Shown piece by piece: positions 11,444 to 23,182 of a stretch of 64,000 nucleotides of DNA. The position numbers were made by a program, and so were the translations under genes. Under the pieces are notes generated by a model, which saw only the letters and a list, made by a program, of their open reading frames with translations, had not been told where the DNA came from and did not search any database. Origin of the DNA: Camelus dromedarius (Eukaryota); contig NC_087447.1 of the NCBI RefSeq assembly GCF_036321535.1, positions 12,958,001 to 13,022,000 of the forward strand, in the 5' to 3' direction. Numbering within the stretch: position 1 is the first letter of the stretch; the number at the start of each line of letters is the position of its first letter.

Positions 11444-12429
11444 CAGTAGATCATTGACCAACACAGGTTTGAACTACATGGACACACTTATGTGTGGATT
11501 TTTTTTTAACAAATACGTTGGAAAATTTTTTGAAGATTTGGAACAATTTGAAGAAAAAAGCTTGCAGGAAAATTGTGCAGCCTAGAAATATTGAAAAATT
11601 AAGGATTAGTTAGGTATGTCATGAATGCATAAAATATACATAGATACCAGGCTATCTTTACATAGGCCTAAGGTGAGTGATCTTAACAATAAAATTAACA
11701 ATGTGTTACTGTTTTATAACTTGCTTTCGAAGAATTACATTGCCTTACAGGATGCCTCTCCTTTTGTAAATGAAGATATTGCACACACCGTATCATCACA
11801 GGTGTGTTTTTTAATGTAACAATGTTTTCAATACTTTATGATAAATATGACTGTAATATTCTATGCCATAAATATTTTATCATGATTCATATCTTACTGT
11901 ATAGACTAGGCTACCAGGAAGCAATCATATCGATGCCAGGAGGCTACCACAAAGCAATTGTATTGCTGGTTCTTCATTATCAATACATGAGTCATTTTGC
12001 CTGTAAATAAATATTAATTTATTTTTCACATTATCTTAAATTTTTGACGTCTAATGTTATTAATAGATATAACATCTAGTTTTGTATCATATAAGGCACT
12101 ATTGATGTAGGTATTGACAAATGAGTCTTATTGTAAACAGACAATGTAAACTTACAGTATTGATAAATGCAGTACAGTTCAGTAAATGAGTTTTCTCTAC
12201 CTTATGACTTTCTTAACATTTTCTTTTCTCTAGCTTACTTTATTGTAGGAATACAGTATACAATACATATAACTTATAAAAGATATGTGTTAATCCAATT
12301 TTTATGTTATCATCTGGTCAACAGTGGGCTATTAGTCATTAAGTATTGGGGGAGTCAAAAATTATATGTGGATTTTTGACTGCATGGGAGTCAGCACCTC
12401 CAACTTCAGCATTGCTTAAAGGTTGACCG
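11444..12429 (+). mobile_element. Tigger2-family (TcMar) non-autonomous DNA transposon
   Basis: Decayed TIRs cagtagatcattgaccaacacaggtttgaact... and ...tgcttaaaggttgaccg, with TA dinucleotides at 11442-11443 and 12430-12431. Confidence 0.8.
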
Positions 12430-13459
12430 TACATATTAATTGACATACACAGGAAAAATTTCAGCTGGATTACACATTTAACCTTTATTTAAATTATGTG
12501 TCCAAGATCCAACAATTGTGGAAGATTAAGAACATTATAGTTGAAATCTAAAATAATATTAAAATCTCAGATTTAGTACATAGTGACAATGTGACCTTGA
12601 AAAAGTAAACTTATCCTTTCAAACTAAGACTAAATAAGATGGTGCAAATTTCCAGACATATCTTTTACAACTACATAAACATGGCATAGTCACAGAGGGC
12701 TTACTTATGAGATGTATTGAATATATTTTATTAAATCAAAGCATTAATTATGTGTGAAGAATGCATATATATGAAATATGGCTTCCAGATTTGACTTAAC
12801 TACAACAGATAAACAGGGAGCCATAAAAATCAAATTTTCATCAAAGCATTGGACAAAGAATGGGCCCAAACCAGAAGCTAAGTATTACTTCTTTCAGTCA
12901 CACATGTCTGCTATACAACACTTAATATATATTAAAATGCCATTTTAATGAGATTAAGCCCATAAATACCAGTATTTAGTGGTATCAGACATCTTAAAAA
13001 TGCATCTATCTCAACGCATTCTGACTTTAGGCATGTCAGTAAAATATCAGTATATTTACTTAAATCTCACTGATAATTTTGCCCAAAATAACTTTCTTAT
13101 AACCCTCAGTATCTCCCCATTTGAGCAATTATCAACTTCATTGCAGGGAGCTGGAGGAATGATAAACAAGATGTGTGGAGTTTATCTCCTGCATCCAAGA
13201 TGCTCCATTACAGACATTTCTGTCAACTAATATTTAAGGTAATTAGAACTGATTGTGTTTTTACCTAGCTGGTACCATTCTGAGAGTTAGAGTCTACCAA
13301 AACAAAGATATGGATCCCATATTTCTAACAAAATACCATTCTGGAAAACCAAAATCAAATAAGTTTCTCCCTTCTCAAACAATAGGAAAACATACAGTCT
13401 AAACATCCATGCGAACAGTATTGCAAACGCTAATCTTGAGAAGAGTGAAAGCTGGTGTA

Positions 13460-13690
13460 GCAGCTACTGTGTGTTACTAAGTGGATACTAGATGTTAGAA
13501 ATGCTGGGAACTTTATCTTGCATAATCTACATAGCAACCTGCAAAATAACTAATTCAGCATCCTTTCATAGACAAGAAAACAAAGGACAGGTTAGACATG
13601 TAAGCTAATCAAGTTCACATAAAAAGTTACTAGCAGAACCAAGATGCAGATTCAAGATCTGCTGTTGCCACACATTAAGCTCTTTCCATT
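13460..13690 (-). mobile_element. MIR SINE
   Basis: Decayed MIR core (tttcatagacaagaaaacaaaggacaggttagac...aagttcacataaaaagttactagcagaaccaagatg). Confidence 0.55.
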
Positions 13691-14276
13691 TGACCATATT
13701 GCAGACTCACTGGGACATGCCATAATTTGGAAATGTTATCCCCTAGAAATAAGGCCAAATAACATCTTCTAGTATTTGATATCATGGATAAAGCCACCAA
13801 GGTTAAGGACCAGGATATTAAAACCAACCAAATCAAACAAAAACCAGAATTGACTTCTAGATCAGTCAGCTTTCTAATAAAATAAATTTAAAACATATTT
13901 GTTTTCTTCTAGGAGAAAAAAAAATCATGATTCCAAAATGGCATATATCCAATGGCTGGTTGATAGTTAATTTTCTCTCCATTTAATAATTTTCCTAATT
14001 TAAATTAGACTTTTATTTCTACCACCCTCATTCTAACTATTATCTTCCATCAAGGAAAATTAAACCAATTTTCTAATTTATATCTTTATTTATCTAAATA
14101 TATTGAGAGTGTCTCTTATTTGCTCTGCTATGTTCCATGGTGTTTCTGATTCAACTTTTAATTCAATTTGAGTTAACTAGAAATTTCTACTCAGATATAA
14201 ATATTAAAGAATAGAATCTAGTTTGGAAAAGATTATGGTTTCTAGATTATTTTATAAGTGATGAAAAACCTTTCCT

Positions 14277-14420
14277 CTTACCTGTGGAAATAAACTACAC
14301 ACTCAGTGAAAGTGTGCTCTGAATATTAGGCATTTGGACCCTTATACTAGGTTCCTGAGATCTTCTTGAGGTCTCCAGGGATGTCTCCAGGAGAAAACAC
14401 ACTAAGTCTCCTCTGGGACA
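14277..14420 (-). promoter_or_regulatory. Candidate upstream exon end/donor and O/E-like sites for the OR5T gene at 9421
   Basis: Minus-strand CAG|GTAAG (intron starts at 14281), conserved in the paralogue at 18607; O/E-like tctccaggga and tcctctggga upstream. Confidence 0.45.
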
Positions 14421-14881
14421 GAAAAGTACCGAGCTGTTTTTACTTTTTTCCCATACTAAATGAGCAAATGGCTCTGGAACAATAAACTCTTGTATCAAAA
14501 TCATTACATAAATACACCAAGACCTCTGGTATAAAATAATCCTTCAGTGGAAAATGAATATGTACAGAGCTGGAAAATAAACCTGTGATAGAGGACAGGA
14601 CATAATCCCGGCTCTGACCCTAAATAGCTAGGTGCCATGAAACATAACCTGTCACTTCCTGGTAATACAACCTGTTACTTCTCTCAAAATCCTTTATACA
14701 TGTGCACAATGAAATTACATGAAAGCATGAGCTATGACAGAATTCATTATCATTTGATAAAGATTACTATAGTTACTTAAATTTTAAAGGGCTACATTTC
14801 TAAGTGGTTTGAGAAATAAACTGCTTAACTATGCCATCTAAATATATGAAACTGCAGTGGGAAGTTTAAAAGAAGAGACGA

Positions 14882-15031
14882 ACATACACAAGATCTTACG
14901 GTAGCTCACAGAGAAAAGAATGTGACAATGAATGTATATATGTTCATGTATAACTGAAAAATTGTGCTCTACACAGGAATTTGACACAACATTGTAAAAT
15001 GATTATAAATCAATAAAAATGTTAAAAAAAT
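14882..15031 (+). mobile_element. Young 5'-truncated L1 3' end
   Basis: aaattgtgctctacacaggaatttgacacaacattgtaaaatg...aataaaaatgttaaaaaaa; perfect 14-bp TSD aaaagaagagacga (14868-14881 / 15032-15045) at a TT|AAAA site. Confidence 0.9.
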
Positions 15032-15354
15032 AAAAGAAGAGACGAGATATAAATGCATGACTTGGAAGTTGACAGGAGAGACGGTATGGTACACAGGTGA
15101 CTTTATATTCTATGTAACAGAACACCTGACATTAGAGATTTGGTAGAGACAGATGCCAAACTTTTTGAGTTGCCCAGAACTTTATCTTTTCTTAGGGTTC
15201 CATATATACTCTATAGATTAGTACCTGGCAAAGTGCTTAAGACATTTTCAAAAGATTGTGAAAAAGGCATAGATGCCTCCAGTCTACATCCAGAGATTCT
15301 AAATTAGTAATTAGGAAATGTTGGTCATAGACTCTGAGTGTTAAAGAAAAGAAA

Positions 15355-15614
15355 NNNNNNNNNNNNNNNNNNNNNNNNNNNNNNNNNNNNNNNNNNNNNN
15401 NNNNNNNNNNNNNNNNNNNNNNNNNNNNNNNNNNNNNNNNNNNNNNNNNNNNNNNNNNNNNNNNNNNNNNNNNNNNNNNNNNNNNNNNNNNNNNNNNNNN
15501 NNNNNNNNNNNNNNNNNNNNNNNNNNNNNNNNNNNNNNNNNNNNNNNNNNNNNNNNNNNNNNNNNNNNNNNNNNNNNNNNNNNNNNNNNNNNNNNNNNNN
15601 NNNNNNNNNNNNNN
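15355..15614. other. Assembly gap (260 N)
   Basis: Run of N. Confidence 1.
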
Positions 15615-15659
15615 ATTGTAAACAAAGGCTCTACTAATTAAATGCAGTCCCAAATGTAG

Positions 15660-16030
15660 CCCCAATTAAACATAAACAAGCAGTTTTACGGAAACAGAAA
15701 ATGTAACTATATTTCTTTTTTTTTTGAAAATGCAAAAGAACTAAGGAACTCAAAACAATTTTGAAAGTAAAGAATAGTATTGGAGGACTCCCATAATTGA
15801 ACTTCAAGATTTAACACATAGCTAAGAAATCAAGATATTACATCATTCTAAGTGAAGTCGGGAAAAATTGTAACTTGCGCTTTTCATACCAAAATCTGCT
15901 ATTACCTCTTTAGCATTCTAGATTTGTAATGATTATTACATTTTACTTATTAATTATTCACTTATAAAGCACTTCAAAAAGATACTATGACACTGGTGAG
16001 AAGATAGACATTTAAATCAATGAAACCAAA
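15660..16030 (+). mobile_element. Old L1 ORF2 fragment with an internal ~140-bp insert
   Basis: aaacaattttgaaagtaaagaatagtattggaggactc...gaagatagacatttaaatcaatg matches the L1 ORF2 pattern; unrelated sequence at about 15840-15980. Confidence 0.6.
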
Positions 16031-16305
16031 TATTTGTAGTCTTCATATATATAATCACAGATATATACACATATCCACATTATGTGGAGATAGACACACA
16101 GATAGTCACAGTTTCCTGCTTGTGTAAAAGGCACATAGGTGGTGGGTTGAATATAATCTTCATTTTAAAATATCCAAGAATGACAGAAAGGCAATAATAA
16201 ACTAAAACAGTTTAAATATAACTTTTTTGATATAACAACAATAAACATTAGGCTTAAATTCTTTCAATTTAATATTTAGTGTGAAAAATATACTTTATTA
16301 ACAAG

Positions 16306-17280
16306 TCAATTTTTCCCAAACAATCTTTTCATGGCCTCTTTGACATCTTTGTTCCTCAGACTGCAGATGATGGGATTCAGCACGGGAATCATGATGCTGT
16401 AAAACACAGACACTATCACGTCATGGTCCAAGGTGTAGTTGGAACTCAGTCTCATGTACATGAAGAGAACTGTACTGTGAAAAATGGGCACTGCAGTTAG
16501 GTGAGAGGCACACATAGAAGAGGCTTTCCTTCTCCCTTCGGCAGAATGCATCCTCAGGATGGCCAGCAGAATGAAGCCACAGGAGATCAGGACAATCAGG
16601 ATAGTGACTGTCTCAATAGAGCCCATGAAGTAGAAGAGTAGAAGCTGGTTTGTGTGAGTGTCAGAGCAAGGAAGAGCGAGGAGAGGAGGGATGTCACAAA
16701 AGATGTGTGTAATTTGATTGGACGCACAGAAGGACAGGCTAAATGTGGCCACTGTGTGCACAGAAGCATGCAAGATGCCACCAACATAGGAAGCAGTGAT
16801 GAGTGGCACATAGACTCTGTGCGCCATGCTCACTGAATACAGGAAGGGATTGTAGATTGCTACGTAGCGATCATATGCCATTGCGGCCAAGAGGAAGCAT
16901 TCTGTGGTCCCAAAAGTAACAAAGAGAAAATTCCGTGCTGTGCATCCAAGATATGAAATGATTTTATTCTCTGACAGGAAATTGACCAAAATTTTGGGGG
17001 TGATAACTGAAGAATAGCAGGCATCCAAGAATGATAACACACTCAGAAAACAGTACGTAGGGTTGTGGAGCCGAGAATCCACAATAACCAACATAACCAG
17101 TCCCAAATTTCCTATCAGAGTAAAAAGATAGATTGCTAGAAATAGTAAAAATAGGAAAGCTTGCAGCTCACAATCATCTGTGAAGCCCACCGATATAAAC
17201 ATGGTGTCTTCACTCACATTTTTCAACTGAATCCTGTGAAAATCTAAATCTGACAGTGACCCTGACAGTTTAGTTGTTAT
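16306..17280 (-). pseudogene. OR5T-type paralogue: frame open (324 codons + stop) but start-less and degenerate; probable pseudogene
   Basis: Codons matching M1, M5 and M22 of the 9421 gene are ATA, CTG and GTG; the ORF track starts at TTG 17226; first ATG is at 17202 (298 aa, sequon NVS lost). Motif damage: NPTYCF, KASSMC, NPIIC. Confidence 0.7.
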
Positions 17281-18602
17281 TTTTAAGTTCTAAAGGCAAT
17301 GGATAATGAAAATTAAGTCCCCCCCCCATCATATCCTTTTAGGTATAATTCTTAGAAGAACATAGTGAAATCCTTTGCAGTGAGGGAATAGGCAGTGATG
17401 AAGAAGTTGAATCCAAGTGGATGCATTACCCTGTACAGGTAAATTAAAGAATTTAATTCATTCAGTTGTTGGTTAAATTTGTCACGTTAAAAATAGTGCT
17501 GATTTCTGTGGTTTGATTTCCAGTTTATTCTCTTTTAAGTTTACTACCTCCTGTTTTCATATCACATCATCTTAACATTCATAAAGACAGGTGAATATAG
17601 GAATTTATAATCCGAGAATATTGTGGTAGAAAGTACACACTTGAGTGCTAATTCTAGATTTTTCTACAGCATGCCTGAAGTCCACAACCAGTAAAATGGA
17701 AACAAATACACTCACCTCACAAGACTGTGCTGAATTTAAATGATAAAAATCAATGTGAAAATTATTTAACTGTAAAATATCCACAGATTACTAAGAAATA
17801 GGGTAAATTAGACTTACTTTTCAACTTGTCATTTGAGGCAGCCTTTTCCAACCAACCATTTTATGTTCTCTTTATGGTTATGACCTCATTTTTTGGTACT
17901 TCTGGGTGTGGTAAACAGATTTTATTCTGGAAATAAATGCACTTAGTTTGCAAACAAATTCATAGCATTGCTCTCTTGTTTCTTTCTTTTTTTGTATTAC
18001 AGTTCTGTTTCTTGAAACACATAAAAATAAGTTATCAATATTTGGCCACTGTAGTTTATTTCATTGTTACTGATTTTCAAATTTTAACTTAACACCATTC
18101 AAGTTTTTGCCCTATACATATACTCATTATTTCTGCAAAATCCTTCAGTATATTTTGAGACATATTTCTGTCAAAAATATTTAATGGCTATTTATTTAAT
18201 ATATTATAGTTGCTTATGAAGTTACTTTAATTACTATAAAAAATAGCTGTCCCTTTGTATGGGGGGGCATATAACCAATGGCTGGTTGATAAATTCTCCA
18301 TTTAATAATTTTTCTAAAAATTTAATAAAGACATTTAGTTATACTACCCTTATTCTGATTGTTATATTCCACCAAGGTAATGAAAACAATTTCTAATTTG
18401 TAGCTCTACTGAGCTAAGTATGCAGTGAGTCTTTCCTACTTCCTCTACTATGTTCCATTAAAATTCCGCATCCAATCCTTAATTCAATTCTGAATTAACT
18501 AGAAATTTCTATCTCAGGGTTAAATGTTAAAGAATAGAATCTAGTTTGAGATTCAAGATTATACGTTCTAAAATATTTTCTAAGTAATGAAAAACCTTCC
18601 CA

Positions 18603-18740
18603 CTTACCTGTGAAAATAATCTGCTCACTCAATTAAAGGATGCTATGAGTATTAAGCATTTGGACTCATACCAGGTCCTCTGCCTCTTCTTGAAGTCCAT
18701 AGGGATGCATCAAGGACAAAACACACTAATTCTCTTATGG
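18603..18740 (-). promoter_or_regulatory. Paralogous donor/O/E-like region for the second OR5T copy
   Basis: Minus-strand attattttcacag|GTAAGtg (intron starts at 18607); tccataggga and tcttatggga align with the O/E-like sites of copy 1. Confidence 0.4.
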
Positions 18741-19436
18741 GATAGAAAAGTAACAAAACCATATCTTTTTCCTTTTTATTTTTCTTTTATTTGATGAGAA
18801 AATGCATGATTCTGGAGCAATGCCCTTTAGCCTCTGGTATAAAATGATCTCTCAGTGGAAGAAGAATATGCATAGGACTGGAAAAGATATCCAATTAATG
18901 ATAGAAAACATAGACCCAGCTCTGATACCTACATGCCATAGGGCTGATGGTTTTATTTCTCTGAAATCCAGTTCCCCTCCTTGGGAATATAACTTGCTTA
19001 CTTCTCTCAAAATTTTGTAAACATTTAAATAATGAAATAATATGAAAACATGAATTTTGACAGACTTCATTATCATTAAATAAAGATTACTGTAGATACT
19101 CAAATTTTAAAGTGCTACACTACTAATATTCATTGAGATCTTCATAGAGGAGATACATAAACACATTAATAAGAAGTATTGACAGGAGAGATGGTACAGT
19201 ATGCAAATATCTGTACTATTTTATGTAGTAAACTTTAGACTATTAGAGATCTGGCAGAGATAAAGATCAAATTTCTGTTGTGTGGGGTCTTGTGTTTTCT
19301 TGGGAATTCCACATACTAATTTATGGATCAGTACCTGGTTATGTAAGAATTCTGAAACGTACATAGACGTTGAAGTTCTTTACCCAGATAGTCTAAATTA
19401 GTAGTTAAGGAATGTTGACCTTCTAGTCTGAGTGAG

Positions 19437-19538
19437 GGAAGGAAGAAAGAGAGAGAGAGAGAGAAAAGGAAGGGAAGAAGGAAGGAAGGGAGGGAGAAAA
19501 AAAGAAAGAAAAAGACAAAAAAAGGAAAAGAAAAAAGA
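19437..19538 (+). repeat. Purine-rich (GA/GGAA/GAAA) low-complexity tract
   Basis: ggaaggaagaaagagagagagagagagaaaaggaagggaagaaggaaggaagggagggag... Confidence 0.9.
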
Positions 19539-20959
19539 TACTGGGCTGAAAATAATCCGGTGTCCAGCAGCTACTGAGCAGATTAACTGAGTACGTCCAT
19601 CACCTTCACTCACTCCCCACCATGCTGTTCTATGCTGGGCTTCCCTACATGTCCTCAGTGGTTGTGGCACCAACAAGAAGCTAATTTTTCATCAGATCTC
19701 ATGCTCAGCAGATAGTCTACCATCCCCAACAAATTCGCTGGTGATTAGGACTTGTTTTACTGAAAAATAAGTATATCTTATTTAATAATTGATGTCACAG
19801 TGAGTATCTTGTTTCTTTCCCTCTATACTTAGCTATTATGTACTTTTTCTTCTTTTCAAAAAGATATCAGCTAAAAAAAATCACTGTCTGGTACGCCTTT
19901 TGAGAGTCATTTCTGAATGACCTTGGCTAATATTTGTAGAAGTATTAACCATTCAACGCCCAATGATGTTACCTTTTCTGATTCAAAAACTAACATAATT
20001 AACCTAAGGGCAAATTAACAATAGAACTTTTACAAAGAGATATTGTAGATGCTTTTGGATGTGGTAATGAATAATGTAAGTGTTTCCTCCCTCCAAATTC
20101 TAAAGTAGCAGAGATGAATATGGCCCTTAGGAGGATTGGAGTCTGAAAAAGTTAGGGTTATTTTTGGGTTTTTTTTGGTTTTTTTTGCATCTCTCTCTTC
20201 TGTTTCTCTTCCTTTCAGCCCAATTCTCTGTTTGTAGAAAAGCCTTAACTATATGGTAGAATCATACTAGTGACACCCTTATAGTTTTATATCTTATTCT
20301 TTACTATTGCAAAGCATCTGAATGCATTTTTGCTTTTTCAAAGACATAATATGATCTGGATTTAACTATTTTGCCCCAATATAGAATCAGCTCTTTTCCA
20401 AGATTTCTAGACTTAACCATTCATTCTTTTGGTGAAGAATAGAGACTAAGACCAATGTATGAGGTAAATTTGTTGCATTTTTCTGAGTCCTCCTGGTTGA
20501 GAAAGATGACATTTGAAACAAGAGAAACATTTCAGTCCTAAGCAAATAAATAGCAAGAAGTTACTGTTAAGAAAGCCAAGCTTTTTTTTTTTTCCTTCAG
20601 ATGTTTTCCATTAAAATACTGTCAACTCATTTGGATTCATTTTCAATCAAGCTGGACTGGTAAATGATGAGTGGGGCTCTTTTTTTTTTTTTAATCTATC
20701 TCTCCTTTAATATTATACTTGCAAAAAGTATTTATTTTTGACATAACCTAAGTTTATTCAGCTAGTTCTTTTTTTGTCTAGGCGGATATCAAGGCATCAG
20801 CAATATGATCTAAAAATACAAAGATACAAACACATTAATGCAATAATTTCTGAGGAAAGAATATTAAATGAGAGTGACTAATGATCAGATGGCTATACAT
20901 GGTGCCCATGGAGAGGAATGACAGAAGAAAACTTACAAAGAAAGTTGGCATTGTAACAG

Positions 20960-21170
20960 TTATGGAAGGTCTCTGTTTCAGTTTTCTGTTGCATAAAAAA
21001 TTAGCTTGGAATAATATCATTTTACTCTATCTCATAAATGTGTGGGTCAAGAATCTAGGCGCAGCATAGCTGAAGGATTATTTTGTTTCATGCGGCGTTG
21101 ACTGTGGTCACTCAAGGGTATTCAGATGGTGACTGGTCTAACCTGGAACATATAAAATGACTTCACATTT
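20960..21170. mobile_element. MLT1-type MaLR LTR fragment
   Basis: gtgggtcaagaatctaggcgcagcatagctg...gttgactgtggtcactc is typical of older MLT1 LTRs. Confidence 0.55.
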
Positions 21171-21699
21171 CTAAATGATATGGTTACAGTGGTGTGTTAG
21201 AGACAAAACTTCAGTTTTGTGTCAAGTTTTATCTTATTGGGAAAAATATAAAAGTGTATTATTAGGTAATTTAATTTAAGCTAATAAAATAAATCAAGTT
21301 CAAACATGCGAATGACATTGTATTTGCAATATTTGGGTGGTGATTAATTAGTTTGGACCGTCAGTGATTAAAGGATATTTTCCCACCATGACTGGAAATA
21401 AATGCACCTCATTTATCCCACCAATGACTCTCAACTAGAAAACAGATTTTATTTACCATTAAGTTAACAAAATAAAGAAAAAGAAAAGAACAGAAGAAAA
21501 AATTAAAAATATATATTATATAATAAATAATTGCAGATCAAGAAGCGGGGAATTAAGAGAGAGTAAAAATTTCTATACTTCCTATTATTGTCAGATGATA
21601 CAATGTATTTATATATAAAGAGAAAGTGTATCACAGAATCTAAAAGTCTACTAAGTAGAATTATTTTTGTGTGCATTTTTTCAACTTTTGTTGAAAACT

Positions 21700-22080
21700 T
21701 CTGCATTCTGATGTTGAGCCAAAGCTAGATCGTCTTTCTTTGCTTCAAAGTTATAAAAATGTGTATTCTGAACTCTTTCGTTATTTCACTTTCTGAAATA
21801 TGTCAATGTGTGTATCATTAGAAGATGTTCCTATTGTAATATGAGGTGTGAATACAAATCTGTATTTCTTTCTCAGAGTTTTCCCAGCTGTCCCAATTAC
21901 ACGTTTTCAAAATGCCCATATTTTGCCAATTTGGTATGTACTTTCTATTATATGCTAAATTTTCAATTCTATTAGAGTTTTCTTCTCAACGTTTCTCTAT
22001 TCTCAGATTTCTCTATTCATGCGTGATGCTGCGCCTGTTAATTACACGGCTGCAGAACTCCTCCTCAGCGTGGCTACTTC
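21700..22080 (-). mobile_element. Old L1 ORF2/3' remnant
   Basis: T-rich decayed antisense L1 pattern (ttttcccagctgtcccaattac...tttctctattc). Confidence 0.4.
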
Positions 22081-23074
22081 TTGGATAAGCACCTGCTGGC
22101 CTCCCACTCCCGTGCTGTGCTCTGTCACGTCTGTGACGCCTCTCTCACCACCCACTCCTCATGCACCTCCCACGATCTCCTCCACACGGTTCCTGATGTT
22201 TTGCGATTACGTTCACAGTCACTCTCTGTTATCACAATACTATAGGAGTTCCATTGGCTGGAAATAGTTTCTCTTTGTAATCATAAAACCTTAGAAATCA
22301 TTATTTACTGAAGAACAGGAAGCGAATCCTATTTTTGCCATGAGAAACTGACACCAAGCCAAGATGCTTAAATAATCTAAACACTGGAAATAATGTTTTT
22401 CCCCCAGAGTTGAAGCACAGAAGGCACAGATGATTTTTCTAGCATCTTTCCCACTATCTCAGTTGGGAAATTCAAATATTTTATTTCATCCTATATGGAA
22501 TGTGGTGTTATTTCCACTTCAAAGTGTTTTCACACTGGAAATGAAATTGAGGAAGGATGACAAAATGCTGCATTAAAATGAAGAATCTCCCCCCTATTAA
22601 CATTAACAGGGGCTCCAAAGTTAAGTTTTAAACTGGATATAATAACCCAACAGCTATCTCTCGGGTTTCCCTGGTGCACATGTAGAAATCAATAAAATAT
22701 AAGATTTATAGACCAAAATATTATTTGTCATCAGGGCATTTACAGCTATTACACAGACATAGTCTTGAATTTTGATTAAGGAATCGACTACAGAAGAGAA
22801 TATTAAAAAAAAAAGTTCAGGAAAGTGAGACACGGGCTTAGTTTAATAGAACAGAGGATCGATAAGGAGTGTTCACAACAGAGTATGAATTGGACGTGTG
22901 TCAGTTTTGGATGGACTCCCATTACACTGCTCAGCAACCTGCTCACGTCCAAGAAGTAAAATGTGCTGAGCTCTCTGTTCCATGGAGAGGCTGACGATGA
23001 AGTACTCTGGGTGGAGCGAGTGCTATCTGGGAGAGATAAAATAAGCCAAATCACAGAGAGCCAAATGATGATTT

Positions 23075-23182
23075 TAATTGGAAACATAATGCGTCTGGTC
23101 AAAGAGATCCCATGGGGCAGATGTAACTATTTATTAAGAAGCCCTTTATTTTTGGAAAGAACAGAATATTTTAATGGTAAGC
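23075..23182 (+). promoter_or_regulatory. Candidate OR promoter/first exon (serving 26165 fragment and/or 27663 gene)
   Basis: TAATTG 23075-23080, TAATGC 23087-23092, perfect O/E TCCCATGGGG 23108-23117, donor ATG|GTAAGC at 23176/23177. Confidence 0.5.

Noticed and set aside
15237-15665. ORFs spanning the N run
   Set aside because: Artefacts of translating Ns.
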